Positions 8,179-17,818 of a stretch of DNA of 63,568 bases are shown in pieces. This stretch comes from a virus (lineage: Duplodnaviria; Caudoviricetes), in the IMG/VR virus record IMGVR_UViG_3300009678_000062, positions 1 to 63,568 of that record. One strand, given 5' to 3'. Both the position numbers and the translations under genes were made by a program. Numbering within the stretch: position 1 is the stretch's first letter; every line of letters starts with the position of its first letter. The notes under the pieces were generated by a model. That model made no database searches. It had not been told where the DNA came from and saw nothing but the letters and a program-made list of their open reading frames with translations.

Positions 8179-8667
8179 ATGAGTGAAACACTCCCCACTA
8201 CCGACGTGCGGACGCTGCTGGGCATCATTAGCGAGGACGAGTTCGGGCGTGCCGTCGGCGTCGTCGGACCCACGGTGGCGATCTGGCGCAATCGCGGTGA
8301 AGGCCCGCCGTTCTACCGCTTCAAGCGCAACATCTTTTACCGCACTGCCGATGTCATCCAGTGGATCATCGAGAACACCATCGATCCCACCACCCAGCAG
8401 CACGTCATCCCCCGTGCCGTTCCGCTACCTTCGTTCAAACCCACTCCTGCCGTCCATCCCGATCCGATGAAGGTGATGGATCAGCTTGACCGTATGGTTG
8501 ACAAACTTACGTCCAACCCCCTACAGGTGGCACGTGCACCTGACGACGAGCACAGCTCGCTCAACAGCTCACACACCTCACCAGCTGACGCTGGCTCGGT
8601 CAGGTCCAACCGCCAACCGGCGGTCGAGGACGATGCTGACGAGGAGCCCGCTGCATCTGCTGGATAA
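8179..8667 (+). CDS. AlpA/excisionase-like (MerR superfamily) HTH DNA-binding protein
   Basis: SEDEFGRAVGVVGPTVAIWRNRGEGPPFYRF...IFYRTADVIQWI. Confidence 0.75.
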   Translation: MSETLPTTDVRTLLGIISEDEFGRAVGVVGPTVAIWRNRGEGPPFYRFKRNIFYRTADVIQWIIENTIDPTTQQHVIPRAVPLPSFKPTPAVHPDPMKVMDQLDRMVDKLTSNPLQVARAPDDEHSSLNSSHTSPADAGSVRSNRQPAVEDDADEEPAASAG

Positions 8668-10045
8668 TACGGGTCATCAACCCGCCATGGATCCCCAGGC
8701 ATCCGTACTGCAGTGCGTCGGCGGGGTGCGAGTACTCATTCTTGTCCGGTAGCGGCTTGGTTTGACCGGATTTGGTTTTCGCGTAGCGATAACCCCCCAT
8801 CATACCCCGCACCAGTTTCGGGCAGTGCATCAGACTGAATAGCATTGCCGGTCCGCCGTCGCGCTGCTGCAGCAGCAAACTATCCACTGCCCGCAATCGT
8901 GCGTCGATATCGTTGGTCGGTGCCGGAAACGCGATAAACCCGTTGCGTTTCAACAGGTCGAAACTGGTTTCCTCGTACAAGCTATCCTTCGCTGCCCCTG
9001 CCGGGTCGCCGATAATCACCGATGGCAGGCCCGCGTAGCGCTTCGACGCCAGCAGCGGCTTGAGGTTTTTCTGCAGGTGCAGCTCGAGCGAGATATCTTC
9101 TGCCAGACACTCCCCCAGCACCCGCACTTTCCCTTTCATGTCCATCTGCAGTATTATCGAGCACGGCGACCTGCCGAAATCCTGCCCGATCACCAGCATC
9201 TGCCCCTGGATCGGATCAATCTCATCCTGGATGTGGAAACTGATGTTGAAAGTTTCCCGGTGTACCGCCAGCCCGCTTGGATCCTCACCGTATTCCGCGC
9301 GTACATAGCGGGCGATCCACGCGTCGCCCAGCGGTGACGCCGCCAAGCGCTCATAATACGTCCTCCCCTGTGCAATCCGTTCCGGATGCCCCACCGGCAG
9401 CTTAAGCGTTTCCGGCGTCTGCATCAGCCAGTCCAAATTCTCGGCTTCCTCGCTTAGTCCCGACGGCTGCACGTAGACGTCGGTGGTTTCCGGGGGGCCC
9501 ATCATGTAATCGGCCCACTCGGATCCCAGCGTTGGCATGTTGGTGTCGGCGACCATGCCGAACCACGTCGCCCCACCCATGTTAGCACCGGGAAATCGAC
9601 CACACCGTCCAGCTAACGGTTCCGTCAAGGATAACGGTATCTCGATAGCTTCCGACAACCAGGCTCCCGTAAGCTGCATCGACAGCAGGCGCTTCTGGTC
9701 CTCCTGGTTCTCGAGCGGGATCAGCAGCCACTCGCTGCGGACGTCGCCTGCCGCTATGTACACCGTGTTGTCGGTGACCTTGAACGTGACGATCGGTTCG
9801 AGCCATTGCGTTATATCCTTCAATACCGTGTCGCGGAGCTGCTTCAGCGTGGTGCGGACGATCGCCCACCGCGTGTAACGCAACCCGTCCGCTGCCGGCT
9901 CCTGCTCGCAGCTGCGCCGCAACAGCTCCATCATCACCCCGGTGGTTTTTCCGCTGCCGACGGGTCCGGCGATAATCCGGAAAAACGCTTCGCTGAGCAT
10001 GAACTCGCGCACGGTGGGCGGTGGGGTGAACGCGATGTCAGGCAT
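8600..10045 (-). CDS. terL: terminase large subunit
   Basis: Walker A GPVGSGKT, Walker B-like GAWLSEA, coupling motif DTN, nuclease GQDFG and SHPADALQY. Confidence 0.93.
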   Translation of the reverse strand: MPDIAFTPPPTVREFMLSEAFFRIIAGPVGSGKTTGVMMELLRRSCEQEPAADGLRYTRWAIVRTTLKQLRDTVLKDITQWLEPIVTFKVTDNTVYIAAGDVRSEWLLIPLENQEDQKRLLSMQLTGAWLSEAIEIPLSLTEPLAGRCGRFPGANMGGATWFGMVADTNMPTLGSEWADYMMGPPETTDVYVQPSGLSEEAENLDWLMQTPETLKLPVGHPERIAQGRTYYERLAASPLGDAWIARYVRAEYGEDPSGLAVHRETFNISFHIQDEIDPIQGQMLVIGQDFGRSPCSIILQMDMKGKVRVLGECLAEDISLELHLQKNLKPLLASKRYAGLPSVIIGDPAGAAKDSLYEETSFDLLKRNGFIAFPAPTNDIDARLRAVDSLLLQQRDGGPAMLFSLMHCPKLVRGMMGGYRYAKTKSGQTKPLPDKNEYSHPADALQYGCLGIHGGLMTRIIQQMQRAPRQHRPRPPVGGWT

Positions 10046-10062
10046 TATACCTGGCGCTCCTT

Positions 10063-10737
10063 TCAGGATCGCTGAGCGCCTGCGGCGCTATCCACCACGT
10101 CGCCTTCTGGCGACGCAGCAACAAGTATGTGATCGATCGCCTGCAGGAACAGCGGGCGAGTGTCGCCGTCCCATGCATGGTCGATGAGCAGGTCGCAGTA
10201 GCGCTCGCCCTGCAGCGTGTTGCACAGCACCCGGAACACCGTCGTGTTGTTCAGGGGGATGTACGCGATCTGAGCGCGTCCGTCCCATCCTTCCGGTAGT
10301 GGGACGCTCACCGGCAGGTCGAGGTCGACGATCTTGGGCAGTCTGAGCCACGTCATCAGCCATTCGGGTGGCAGGCGGCGAGGTGGGCGCGGTCCCTTCG
10401 GTTTTGGCTTTGGTTTTGGCTTTGGTTTGCCCCCGCTGGCGACGTACTGCAGCTCGTTATAGAGCGTGCGGGGCTGGTTCTGCTGCTTCAGCCAGCGTTC
10501 AAACGGGGGGCGGCGCTTTTCCCGCTCGTCCCGGGCGGCGCGATAGCAGATTTGCCGGATCCGCTCGATCGAGTGGGACTTACAACCCATTTTTTGCCGG
10601 ATCGGTACCAGCTGCCTGAGCGTCATCCCCTTGATACCCCACAATCTGTTCAGGGTATGGCGCTGTTCCCAGGCGGTTTGCTCCACGCGGACGTGATATG
10701 GCACCTCGAGCTGGTCGAAATACTCGTCCCGGGTCAT
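10063..10737 (-). CDS. hypothetical protein with a sigma70 region-4-like HTH and a (PK)n linker
   Basis: GMTLRQL...SIERIRQI resembles the TLxE...SRERVRQI of sigma region 4; KPKPKPKPKPK linker. Confidence 0.55.
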   Translation of the reverse strand: MTRDEYFDQLEVPYHVRVEQTAWEQRHTLNRLWGIKGMTLRQLVPIRQKMGCKSHSIERIRQICYRAARDEREKRRPPFERWLKQQNQPRTLYNELQYVASGGKPKPKPKPKPKGPRPPRRLPPEWLMTWLRLPKIVDLDLPVSVPLPEGWDGRAQIAYIPLNNTTVFRVLCNTLQGERYCDLLIDHAWDGDTRPLFLQAIDHILVAASPEGDVVDSAAGAQRS

Positions 10738-10740
10738 TTT

Positions 10741-11313
10741 TTACCCCAGATCTGCGTTGATTTCGAAGGCGTTTATATCCCCGTTTTGGGGGTTAAAACC
10801 GAGCTTTTTCACCCCAAAAGCGTCGATTTCGCCCTCAAAAACCTCATTTTCACCTGATATTTGATGGTCTTCCACCGCACTGCGTATCCGGTGCGCTCCC
10901 ACCTGCAGGGTTTTGTCCCCCAGATTGATGGTGATACTGAAACCGCTGCCGCCAGCATGCTTCTGGTCCGCTTCGGTGCCGATGCCGGCGAAACTGGCAA
11001 CCAGCTTCGCCAGTCCGGTTTTTGCCACCAGCGTCTCCTTGGCGTCGAGCAGCGACTTGGCGGCGTCCTCGAGATACATCTCGATCACCGACGCCGACTT
11101 CAGCTTGACCCGTTCACGAGTATTTTTTGCCGAGCTCCACGCTTCCTCTTCGTTCGCTAGTAGATCGTTAAAGCGCTCATACTCCAGAAGCGCTCCCCAC
11201 TGATCATAGCTTAATTGGTAGCGTGTGAGTAGGTCGTCGATATCGTAGTGATCGATGGCGATCTCGCGGGCCAATCGTACTAGATCGATGTCGCGCTGGA
11301 TCACGGCGTTCAT
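10741..11313 (-). CDS. putative terminase small subunit
   Basis: Upstream of terL on the same strand; helical core ending in a GFSITINLG beta segment. Confidence 0.6.
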   Translation of the reverse strand: MNAVIQRDIDLVRLAREIAIDHYDIDDLLTRYQLSYDQWGALLEYERFNDLLANEEEAWSSAKNTRERVKLKSASVIEMYLEDAAKSLLDAKETLVAKTGLAKLVASFAGIGTEADQKHAGGSGFSITINLGDKTLQVGAHRIRSAVEDHQISGENEVFEGEIDAFGVKKLGFNPQNGDINAFEINADLG

Positions 11314-11330
11314 CGTACACCTCTAACTGC

Positions 11331-11358
11331 TTGACGCTGCAGTCAGAACTAGTATAGC
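11331..11358 (+). promoter_or_regulatory. candidate promoter for the portal operon
   Basis: TTGACG-16-TATAGC in the 71-bp divergent gap. Confidence 0.4.
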
Positions 11359-11384
11359 TCGACAAATAGCGCAAGCGAGGACGC

Positions 11385-13577
11385 ATGCCCCCCGCCCTGC
11401 CGATCCCCCTAGCACCCCAGTACTCACACCCTAGTCGTGGTGCAGTGCGGGTCGTCCCGCCAGCCCAATACGAGCAGCAGCTGCAGGATCGCGACAAGCT
11501 GAAGCGCGATGCTTATGCCAAGGGTGGCAAGTCCGAGCAAACCATGACCGATCTCGCGGGCTACGTCCGTGGGATGTACGACATGTTCCGGACTCACCGT
11601 GACATGGTAAGCGGGGGGTGGTCGTCGCGCCTGATGCACGCGCTTCGTACGTTTAATGGGGAGTACCACCCGAGTAAACTGCAAGAGATACGGCAGTTCG
11701 GCGGTAGTGAGGTCTATGCCCGGATTGTCGCGATGAAATGCAGGGGGGCGAGCTCTTTGCTCCGTGACGTGTACCTGTCGCCCGACAAACCTTGGGGCCT
11801 CGCTCCCCCTGCAGACCCCGACGTGCCGCCCGAGATCCAGAGCCATGTCCAGCGTCTGGTCGAGATCGAGCTGCAGGAAGTGCAGGCGATGGGGGCGCAG
11901 GTCGAGCCGACCCAGATCAAGGGGCGGGTCGAAGGGTTGATGGCGGAAGCGAAGAAAGCGGAAACCAAGAAAGCCACCAAGCGGGCGCTGGCAGCGGAGA
12001 ACCGGATCGAGGAGCTGCTGCAGGAGGGGGGATTTTACCACGCGCTGGCGGAACTGGTGGTCGACGTGCCGCTGTTCCCCTACGGCGTGCTCAAGGGGCC
12101 GGTGGTCAAGGTGGTGCCGTCGGTGACGTGGGGTGAGCAGGGGCCCAGCACCCAGCAGATCCCGAGGATGTTCTGGCAGCGTTTATCCCCCTTCGACGTG
12201 TACTGGTCACCCGGTGCCGGTACGATACAGGCAGCTGACGTTATCGAGCGCGGGCGGTTATCGCGCGCCGAAATCAATGATTGCTTGGATTTACCTGGAT
12301 ACATGCACGAGGAGGTGCGGGCGGTTTTGGATGAGTACGGGCGTGGCGGGCTTGCCGATGACTGGGACAGCTATGACGCAGAACGTGCTGTGCAGGAGAA
12401 CCGGGAAAATCCACGCTATAACCGAAGCGGGATGATCAACTTCCTGTGCTTCAACGGCAACATCCAGGGGCGGATGCTGAGCGACTGGGGGATGCAGGGC
12501 ATCACCGATCCGATGCGGGATTACAAAGTCGAGCTCTACCTGATCGGGACGCACGTCATCAAGTGCCAGATGAACCCGAGCCCGCGCCAGCGTCACAACT
12601 ACTTCATCACCAGCTTCGAAAAAGTACCCGGAACGCCAGTGGGCAACGGGCTGCCCGATATCCTTGCCGACATCGAGGACGTTGCAAATGCGACGCTCCG
12701 GGCACTAGTTAACAATCTCAGCATCGCTTCGGGTCCACAGGTCGTGGTCACCGATGACAGATTGACGGCGGGCGAGGATGGGGAGGATCTCTATCCATGG
12801 AAGCGATGGCACGTCAATTCGGACCCGATGGGCAACAATACCCAGGCCCCGATTTCGTTCTTCCAGCCGAATTCCAATGCCCAGGATCTCCTCGCTATCT
12901 ACGAGAAATTCAACGCGATGGCGGACGACTTGTCTGCTATTCCCAAATACCTGTCTGGTCAGGGTGCGGGTGCGGGTGCGGGCCGGACTGCTGCTGGCTT
13001 GGCGATGCTGATGGGCAACGCCAGCAAGATACTACAGACGGTGGCAGCTAACATCGACGGCGACATCATGGAGCCGATGCTCGGTTATCTGTACGATCTG
13101 CTGATGCTCACGGATCAGACCGGGGTGTTCTCCGGCAGCGAGAAGGTGGTGGTTAAAGGAGTCAACGTCGCGGTGCAGCGCGAAACCCAGCGCTCCCGGC
13201 AGCTCGAGTTTCTGCAGATCACCGCCAATCCGATCGATGCCCCGATCATCGGCACCAAGGGGCGGGCCAATATCCTGCGTTCGGTTGCGGATACGATTGG
13301 CATGGATGGCGATAATATCGTACCGTCCGAGGAAGAGATCGAGATGCAGGAGGCGCAGGCGGAAGCTCGGGCCAAGCTGCAGATGGCGATGGCTGGCGGT
13401 GCGCCGCCTCCCGGGCAGGGTGGACCAGTCCAGCCGCAGGGAACCCCGCCGCCCGGTACCCCGCCGCCCGGTACCCCGCCGCCCGGCGCTGCGGCGCAAG
13501 GTAACCAGAAGGGACCGGCGACTACCAATCAAATGGGTCCGAGCGTCGGGCCGAAGATCGCCGGAGGAGTAGGATAA
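11385..13577 (+). CDS. portal (head-tail connector) protein
   Basis: 730 aa, first gene of the head operon. Podovirus portal-like motifs G-x-G-LP...ANATLRALVNN...ASGPQ and RTAAGLAMLM. Pro/Gly tail with PPPGT repeats. Confidence 0.88.
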   Translation: MPPALPIPLAPQYSHPSRGAVRVVPPAQYEQQLQDRDKLKRDAYAKGGKSEQTMTDLAGYVRGMYDMFRTHRDMVSGGWSSRLMHALRTFNGEYHPSKLQEIRQFGGSEVYARIVAMKCRGASSLLRDVYLSPDKPWGLAPPADPDVPPEIQSHVQRLVEIELQEVQAMGAQVEPTQIKGRVEGLMAEAKKAETKKATKRALAAENRIEELLQEGGFYHALAELVVDVPLFPYGVLKGPVVKVVPSVTWGEQGPSTQQIPRMFWQRLSPFDVYWSPGAGTIQAADVIERGRLSRAEINDCLDLPGYMHEEVRAVLDEYGRGGLADDWDSYDAERAVQENRENPRYNRSGMINFLCFNGNIQGRMLSDWGMQGITDPMRDYKVELYLIGTHVIKCQMNPSPRQRHNYFITSFEKVPGTPVGNGLPDILADIEDVANATLRALVNNLSIASGPQVVVTDDRLTAGEDGEDLYPWKRWHVNSDPMGNNTQAPISFFQPNSNAQDLLAIYEKFNAMADDLSAIPKYLSGQGAGAGAGRTAAGLAMLMGNASKILQTVAANIDGDIMEPMLGYLYDLLMLTDQTGVFSGSEKVVVKGVNVAVQRETQRSRQLEFLQITANPIDAPIIGTKGRANILRSVADTIGMDGDNIVPSEEEIEMQEAQAEARAKLQMAMAGGAPPPGQGGPVQPQGTPPPGTPPPGTPPPGAAAQGNQKGPATTNQMGPSVGPKIAGGVG

Positions 13578-14155
13578 TGGCACTTACCCCGTACAAAAAG
13601 ATCGATGATGGCGATCTCGCCAAGGCACTCATCCTTGCCGGTTCGGCCCGTCGCAGTATCGATCGTAACGACTTTCCGGTAGTCATCCGGGAAATGGAGG
13701 CGCAGCTCAGCATCACCCCCGCGCACATTCGCGGGGTCGACGATGCTGACGTCGGGACGCTTATCGTCAAGCAACAGACGGCGCAGGCGTCCGATGTCAC
13801 CGTCCCTGCGGTCAGCGTGTTCGCCCCGCTTGACAATGCAACCGGGGTGGCGACTACCGTCAGCCCGGGGGTGACCTTCAACGAGCAGATTGTGTTCGGT
13901 TCTGGCACCTTCAGCCTGTTCCTCACCACTGGTAACGTGCTGGTGCACGCATGGTCGATCCCGGCCAATATCGGATCGGGGCTGGGGCAGGCGTACATAA
14001 CCGGCGGCAACAAGGTCAATCTGCGTCCGCCGGCCGTGCTGGCAGCGGCGACCCAGCACTACATCACATGGACGGCAGGGGCGGTGCGCGACCTCGCCGG
14101 TAATAATGCTGCAGCGCAGGCGTCGACCACGGTGTGGTCGTTCACGACGGCTTAA
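13577..14155 (+). CDS. Ig-like (Big_5-type) virion or decoration protein
   Basis: PLDNATGVA...VTFNE...L...TQHYIT...AVRDLAGN...WSFTTA. Confidence 0.75.
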   Translation: MALTPYKKIDDGDLAKALILAGSARRSIDRNDFPVVIREMEAQLSITPAHIRGVDDADVGTLIVKQQTAQASDVTVPAVSVFAPLDNATGVATTVSPGVTFNEQIVFGSGTFSLFLTTGNVLVHAWSIPANIGSGLGQAYITGGNKVNLRPPAVLAAATQHYITWTAGAVRDLAGNNAAAQASTTVWSFTTA

Positions 14156-14184
14156 CTATCGATAGTTAACAGAGGAGAACGAAA

Positions 14185-14412
14185 ATGGGTGACAAGTCGA
14201 CACCGGCTCACAAGACCAAGACACAGAAGAAGTCATCGCCGAAGTTCGTCAATCCCGGTCCGTCGGGCAAGATGGCGAAGAAGGGATCGTCCGGTACGCA
14301 GACTCCTGGCCAGTCGGCCCAGATGGGTAGCGGCGGGGGCAAGTTCGCCAAGGGCGGCGGTTCTGGCAGGATGAGCGGCAAGAATAAAGTCAAGGAAGTT
14401 ACTGCGGCGTAG
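14185..14412 (+). CDS. small Lys/Gly-rich basic protein
   Basis: GAGGAG RBS after palindrome 14153. Confidence 0.7.
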   Translation: MGDKSTPAHKTKTQKKSSPKFVNPGPSGKMAKKGSSGTQTPGQSAQMGSGGGKFAKGGGSGRMSGKNKVKEVTAA

Positions 14413-14700
14413 ATGGCGATCAGCAAAACCGAGGAGCTGGTGGTCGCGGCTTTCCAGCTCTCCAAAACTTGTCCGCGCGAGTGGGAGGTATTTCTCAAGG
14501 CGCTTGACGCCTACGTCGCTGAAACGGTGAAGAAGTTGGTGGCGTCCGAACCCGCCACCCTATCTAACTATCAGGGGCAGGCGGTGCAGGCGACGCACAT
14601 CTTCAATCTGTTCGCCGATGCTCGTAAAACCGTACAGAATGCCGAGCGCATGCGTAACCTGAAAAAACCAGCAGAGAAATCACAATGGCCGTCCAGCTAG
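14413..14700 (+). CDS. small conserved head-module protein
   Basis: Lies between portal and scaffold; W...L...YQGQA pattern. Confidence 0.65.
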   Translation: MAISKTEELVVAAFQLSKTCPREWEVFLKALDAYVAETVKKLVASEPATLSNYQGQAVQATHIFNLFADARKTVQNAERMRNLKKPAEKSQWPSS

Positions 14701-15695
14701 CACCAACCGATCCTAACGTTCGCCTTCCCGCTGCCGTCGTGGCTGCTACCCAGCGGGCATTAGCCATGCAGGAGCAGCAGCGCCGGGAAGCAGCCGGTGA
14801 ACCTGATCCTGCGCCTGAAGCGCCGCCAGCCAATCCCCAGCCCCAGACCGCGACTCCTTCTGCCCCCCAGACGCCGGAGCCGGATCTGGAGCACAAGCTG
14901 AAGTCGGCCGAAGGCCGGCTGGCAAAAGCCGAGAGGGAACGTCAAGCCCTCGCTCAGCGGCTGGCGGCACTTGAGGCGCAGCGTCCGGCTCCGCAGCAGC
15001 AGCAGCAGCAGCCGCGTCAGCAGCCGATGCCGGAGATAAAGAAGCTGGTGACGGCGGAGGAGGAAGAGGAGTTCGGGCAGGAATTCCTCGGCGTCGTCGG
15101 GCGCAAGGCGCGCGAAGAGCTTGCCGGGGAGATGTTCAAACTGCAGCGGCAGCTCAATGAGTTGAGCGGTAGTGTCAACAGCGTTTCGACTGTCGTGGTT
15201 ACCAGCGAGCGAGAGAAGATGAAAACGCAGCTCGACGAGGCGCTGCCGCCTTGGCGGCAGATCAACTATGACGAACGTTTTCTGTCGTGGCTGGCCTTGC
15301 CCGATCCTTTTTCGGGTGTTACAAGACATGAGTTGTTGAAGTCGGCGTACTCGAGCAATAATGCCGCTCGCGTGCTAACCTTCTTCAAGGCTTTTGTGGC
15401 TGAAGAGGCTGCAGGAAGCCCGCCTTCGCCGGGATCTGAAACGCCGCCTACCCCTACCCCAAGTGGTGGTAATGGGTCGCAGCCTGGAAAGATCCCGCTT
15501 GAGAGTTTGGCGGCACCCGGCAGAGCCAGCCCAGCGGCAACTCAAGTTCCCGCTGACAAGCCGATAATCACCCGACAGCAGATTACCCAGTTCTATGCTG
15601 ACGTGGCCGCAGGTCGATATCGCGGTCGGGAAGCCGAGAAGCTGGAGAACGACGCCGCAATCATCCTCGCTTCGAACGAGGGTCGTATCGCTTAA
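14685..15695 (+). CDS. capsid scaffolding protein
   Basis: Coiled-coil, Pro/Gln-rich, directly upstream of the capsid gene, C-terminal EGRI. Confidence 0.75.
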   Translation: MAVQLAPTDPNVRLPAAVVAATQRALAMQEQQRREAAGEPDPAPEAPPANPQPQTATPSAPQTPEPDLEHKLKSAEGRLAKAERERQALAQRLAALEAQRPAPQQQQQQPRQQPMPEIKKLVTAEEEEEFGQEFLGVVGRKAREELAGEMFKLQRQLNELSGSVNSVSTVVVTSEREKMKTQLDEALPPWRQINYDERFLSWLALPDPFSGVTRHELLKSAYSSNNAARVLTFFKAFVAEEAAGSPPSPGSETPPTPTPSGGNGSQPGKIPLESLAAPGRASPAATQVPADKPIITRQQITQFYADVAAGRYRGREAEKLENDAAIILASNEGRIA

Positions 15696-15743
15696 CGCTC
15701 CTTCCGGGTAGCCCCCGCGAGGGGCTAACCCGGAGCCAAGGAA

Positions 15744-16742
15744 ATGGCATTCCCTATTGCAGGTGCAGGTACCACACCTCCGCTATGGCCGGTCGGTTCA
15801 ACCGCCAACGCCCTCGGTGCCAACAAGTTCATCCCCGAGATCTGGTCGGGCAAGCTGATAGAGAAGTTCTATGCGAGCACCGTTCTCGCGGCGATCTCGA
15901 ACACCGACTACGAGGGCGAGATCAAGAACCAGGGTGACAAGGTCATCATTCGCACCAAGCCGACCATCACTATTCGGCCGTATCGTGCCGACGGCTTGCT
16001 CACCATCGACCGTCCGGAAGGCGGCAATGTCGAACTGCTGATCGACAAGGGCGATTATTTCAACCTCGCCCTCGACGACGTGATGCGGATCCAGTCTGAC
16101 ATCAATCTGCTCGAGATATGGTCCGATGACGCGGGCGAGCAGATGAAGATCGTGGTCGACCGTGCGGTCCTCCTCGACCTACTCAGCAAGGCACACGCCA
16201 AGAACCGGGGCACTACCGCTGGCATGATTTCCGGCGACGTCAATCTCGGTGTCACCGGTACGCCGCTCAGCGTGGTGGCGCGGTCGCCAACTACCGGCCA
16301 GATCGAAATCCTCGACGTCATCCTCCGGCTGATGCAGGTGCTCGACGAGCAGAACATCCCGGAGACGGGACGCTGGGTAGTTATTCCGGCGTGGGCGGCG
16401 ATGATGCTCAAGCAGTCCGAGCTTCGTCAGGCGTACTTGACCGGTGACAGCGTGTCGCCGCTCCGGAACGGCCGCATCGGGCAGATCGATCGTGCAACGA
16501 TTTATGTCTCCAACCTGCTTCCGCGTGGCGTAGTTACTGGTCCTCCGGCGCTGGCGGCTAACGAGCAGCCGTTCTTCGCCGGCACTTCGCACGGACTGAC
16601 TTTCGCCAGCCAGTTCACCAACATGGAGACGATGCGTTCCGAGCTGTCGTTCTCGACCCTGCTCCGTGGGTTGCAGATCTACGGGTGGAAGGTTCTCGAC
16701 AGCATCGCAATCGCGGAAGCGATTGTCATCAAGGCACCGTAG
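15744..16742 (+). CDS. major capsid protein
   Basis: FIPEIWSGKL...NTDYEGEIKNQGDKV...LDEQNIPETGRWVV...RGLQIYGWKV; 332 aa. Confidence 0.92.
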   Translation: MAFPIAGAGTTPPLWPVGSTANALGANKFIPEIWSGKLIEKFYASTVLAAISNTDYEGEIKNQGDKVIIRTKPTITIRPYRADGLLTIDRPEGGNVELLIDKGDYFNLALDDVMRIQSDINLLEIWSDDAGEQMKIVVDRAVLLDLLSKAHAKNRGTTAGMISGDVNLGVTGTPLSVVARSPTTGQIEILDVILRLMQVLDEQNIPETGRWVVIPAWAAMMLKQSELRQAYLTGDSVSPLRNGRIGQIDRATIYVSNLLPRGVVTGPPALAANEQPFFAGTSHGLTFASQFTNMETMRSELSFSTLLRGLQIYGWKVLDSIAIAEAIVIKAP

Positions 16743-16780
16743 GTTCTACCTCCCTCCTACGGGCCTGGCGTTGTCGAGTA

Positions 16781-16811
16781 GGCGTCCCTGTGAGCTGGTC
16801 GCGGGGACGCC
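16781..16811 (+). terminator. hairpin after the capsid gene, followed by a palindrome rather than a U-tract
   Basis: GGCGTCCCTGTGA-GCTGG-TCGCGGGGACGCC, a 13-bp stem whose two G-U pairs work only on the + strand. Confidence 0.6.
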
Positions 16812-16840
16812 ACTAACTATCAATAGTAAGGGAGCCGACG

Positions 16841-17194
16841 GTGGCGATCCTCAGCACGGTCGAAGACTACGTGAACGAGGCGCGGGTCCTGCTGCAGGAT
16901 ACGCTCGGTTCCGGTTCCGGGTACCGTTACAGCGACGCCGAACTGGTCAGCGGGTTAAACATGGCACTGGAACAGGCGCACAAGCTGCGCCGTGACTTGT
17001 TCCTCAGATACGACACTGCCCCCTATTATCCGGTAGTGTCCGGGGTCGAGGTCACCATCGATCCGGGCTATCGCCGGGCGCTGCTATTCTTTATGGTTGG
17101 TCATGCCCAGTTGCGCGACGAGGAGGAGACGACTGACTCACGAGCCAGCGCGTTCCTCACCGCCTTCACCGCCCAGCTGACAACTCCGGTGTAG
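16841..17194 (+). CDS. putative head-tail adaptor
   Basis: VNEARVLLQD...RYSDAELVSGLN pattern; follows the capsid gene. Confidence 0.65.
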   Translation: MAILSTVEDYVNEARVLLQDTLGSGSGYRYSDAELVSGLNMALEQAHKLRRDLFLRYDTAPYYPVVSGVEVTIDPGYRRALLFFMVGHAQLRDEEETTDSRASAFLTAFTAQLTTPV

Positions 17195-17195
17195 C

Positions 17196-17816
17196 ATGGC
17201 CCAGAGCGCCCCCAACGCCGTCATTGCCCGCATCATAAACAATGCCAAGGTCCAGCTGCCGGGGTCGATCGAGGACGGCATCCTCTACGAACTGTATAAC
17301 GTACTCGACGAGTTTCTACGCGAGACCGACGTGTGGACCGAGGATATCCGGTTCGACACAGTGGTTGGCGTGGTTGACTACGACGTCGTGCCGGTAACCG
17401 GTCGGGTAGTTAACCTGATCTACTGCTGGTACGGCGATAGCACGCCCGAGATTGGCGGTATCAATGCGTCGATGCCGATCCCCGGCTGGCTTCAGCTATT
17501 TCGGGCGCCGGACGAACCCAAGGAGTGTATGGTCAGGGTGTCGCTGTCGGTGCTCGATCCGGTGACCCGTGCCGGATATCCGCAATGCCCGACCTGGATC
17601 CTTGATCGATATCATGGTGCGTTCACGTCGGGCCTGATCCATAAAATGGGCCTGCAGCCCAACAAGCCGTGGACGAATGGCGAGATAGCGGTGATGCATG
17701 GCCAGAAGTTCCACAATCTGATCGGGCAGGCCAAGGTCGATTACCTGCATCAACACACGCGCGGGGCGCAACGCTGGCGGTACCCGCAAGCGTTCATGCC
17801 GACAATCAGGAGATAA
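17196..17816 (+). CDS. putative adaptor / tail tubular protein
   Basis: Position; EFLRETDVW...QPNKPWTN motifs. Confidence 0.6.
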   Translation: MAQSAPNAVIARIINNAKVQLPGSIEDGILYELYNVLDEFLRETDVWTEDIRFDTVVGVVDYDVVPVTGRVVNLIYCWYGDSTPEIGGINASMPIPGWLQLFRAPDEPKECMVRVSLSVLDPVTRAGYPQCPTWILDRYHGAFTSGLIHKMGLQPNKPWTNGEIAVMHGQKFHNLIGQAKVDYLHQHTRGAQRWRYPQAFMPTIRR

Positions 17817-17818
17817 CA

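Noticed and set aside
8179-8667. Excisionase implying an integration module
   Set aside because: No integrase or att-like context was recognised anywhere on the closed circle.
13440-13490. 15-bp repeats (PPPGT in the portal tail; EEVPK at 46994) and the duplicated KGLYxVGEAAV near 37550-37650
   Set aside because: Ordinary in-frame slippage repeats in low-complexity tails.
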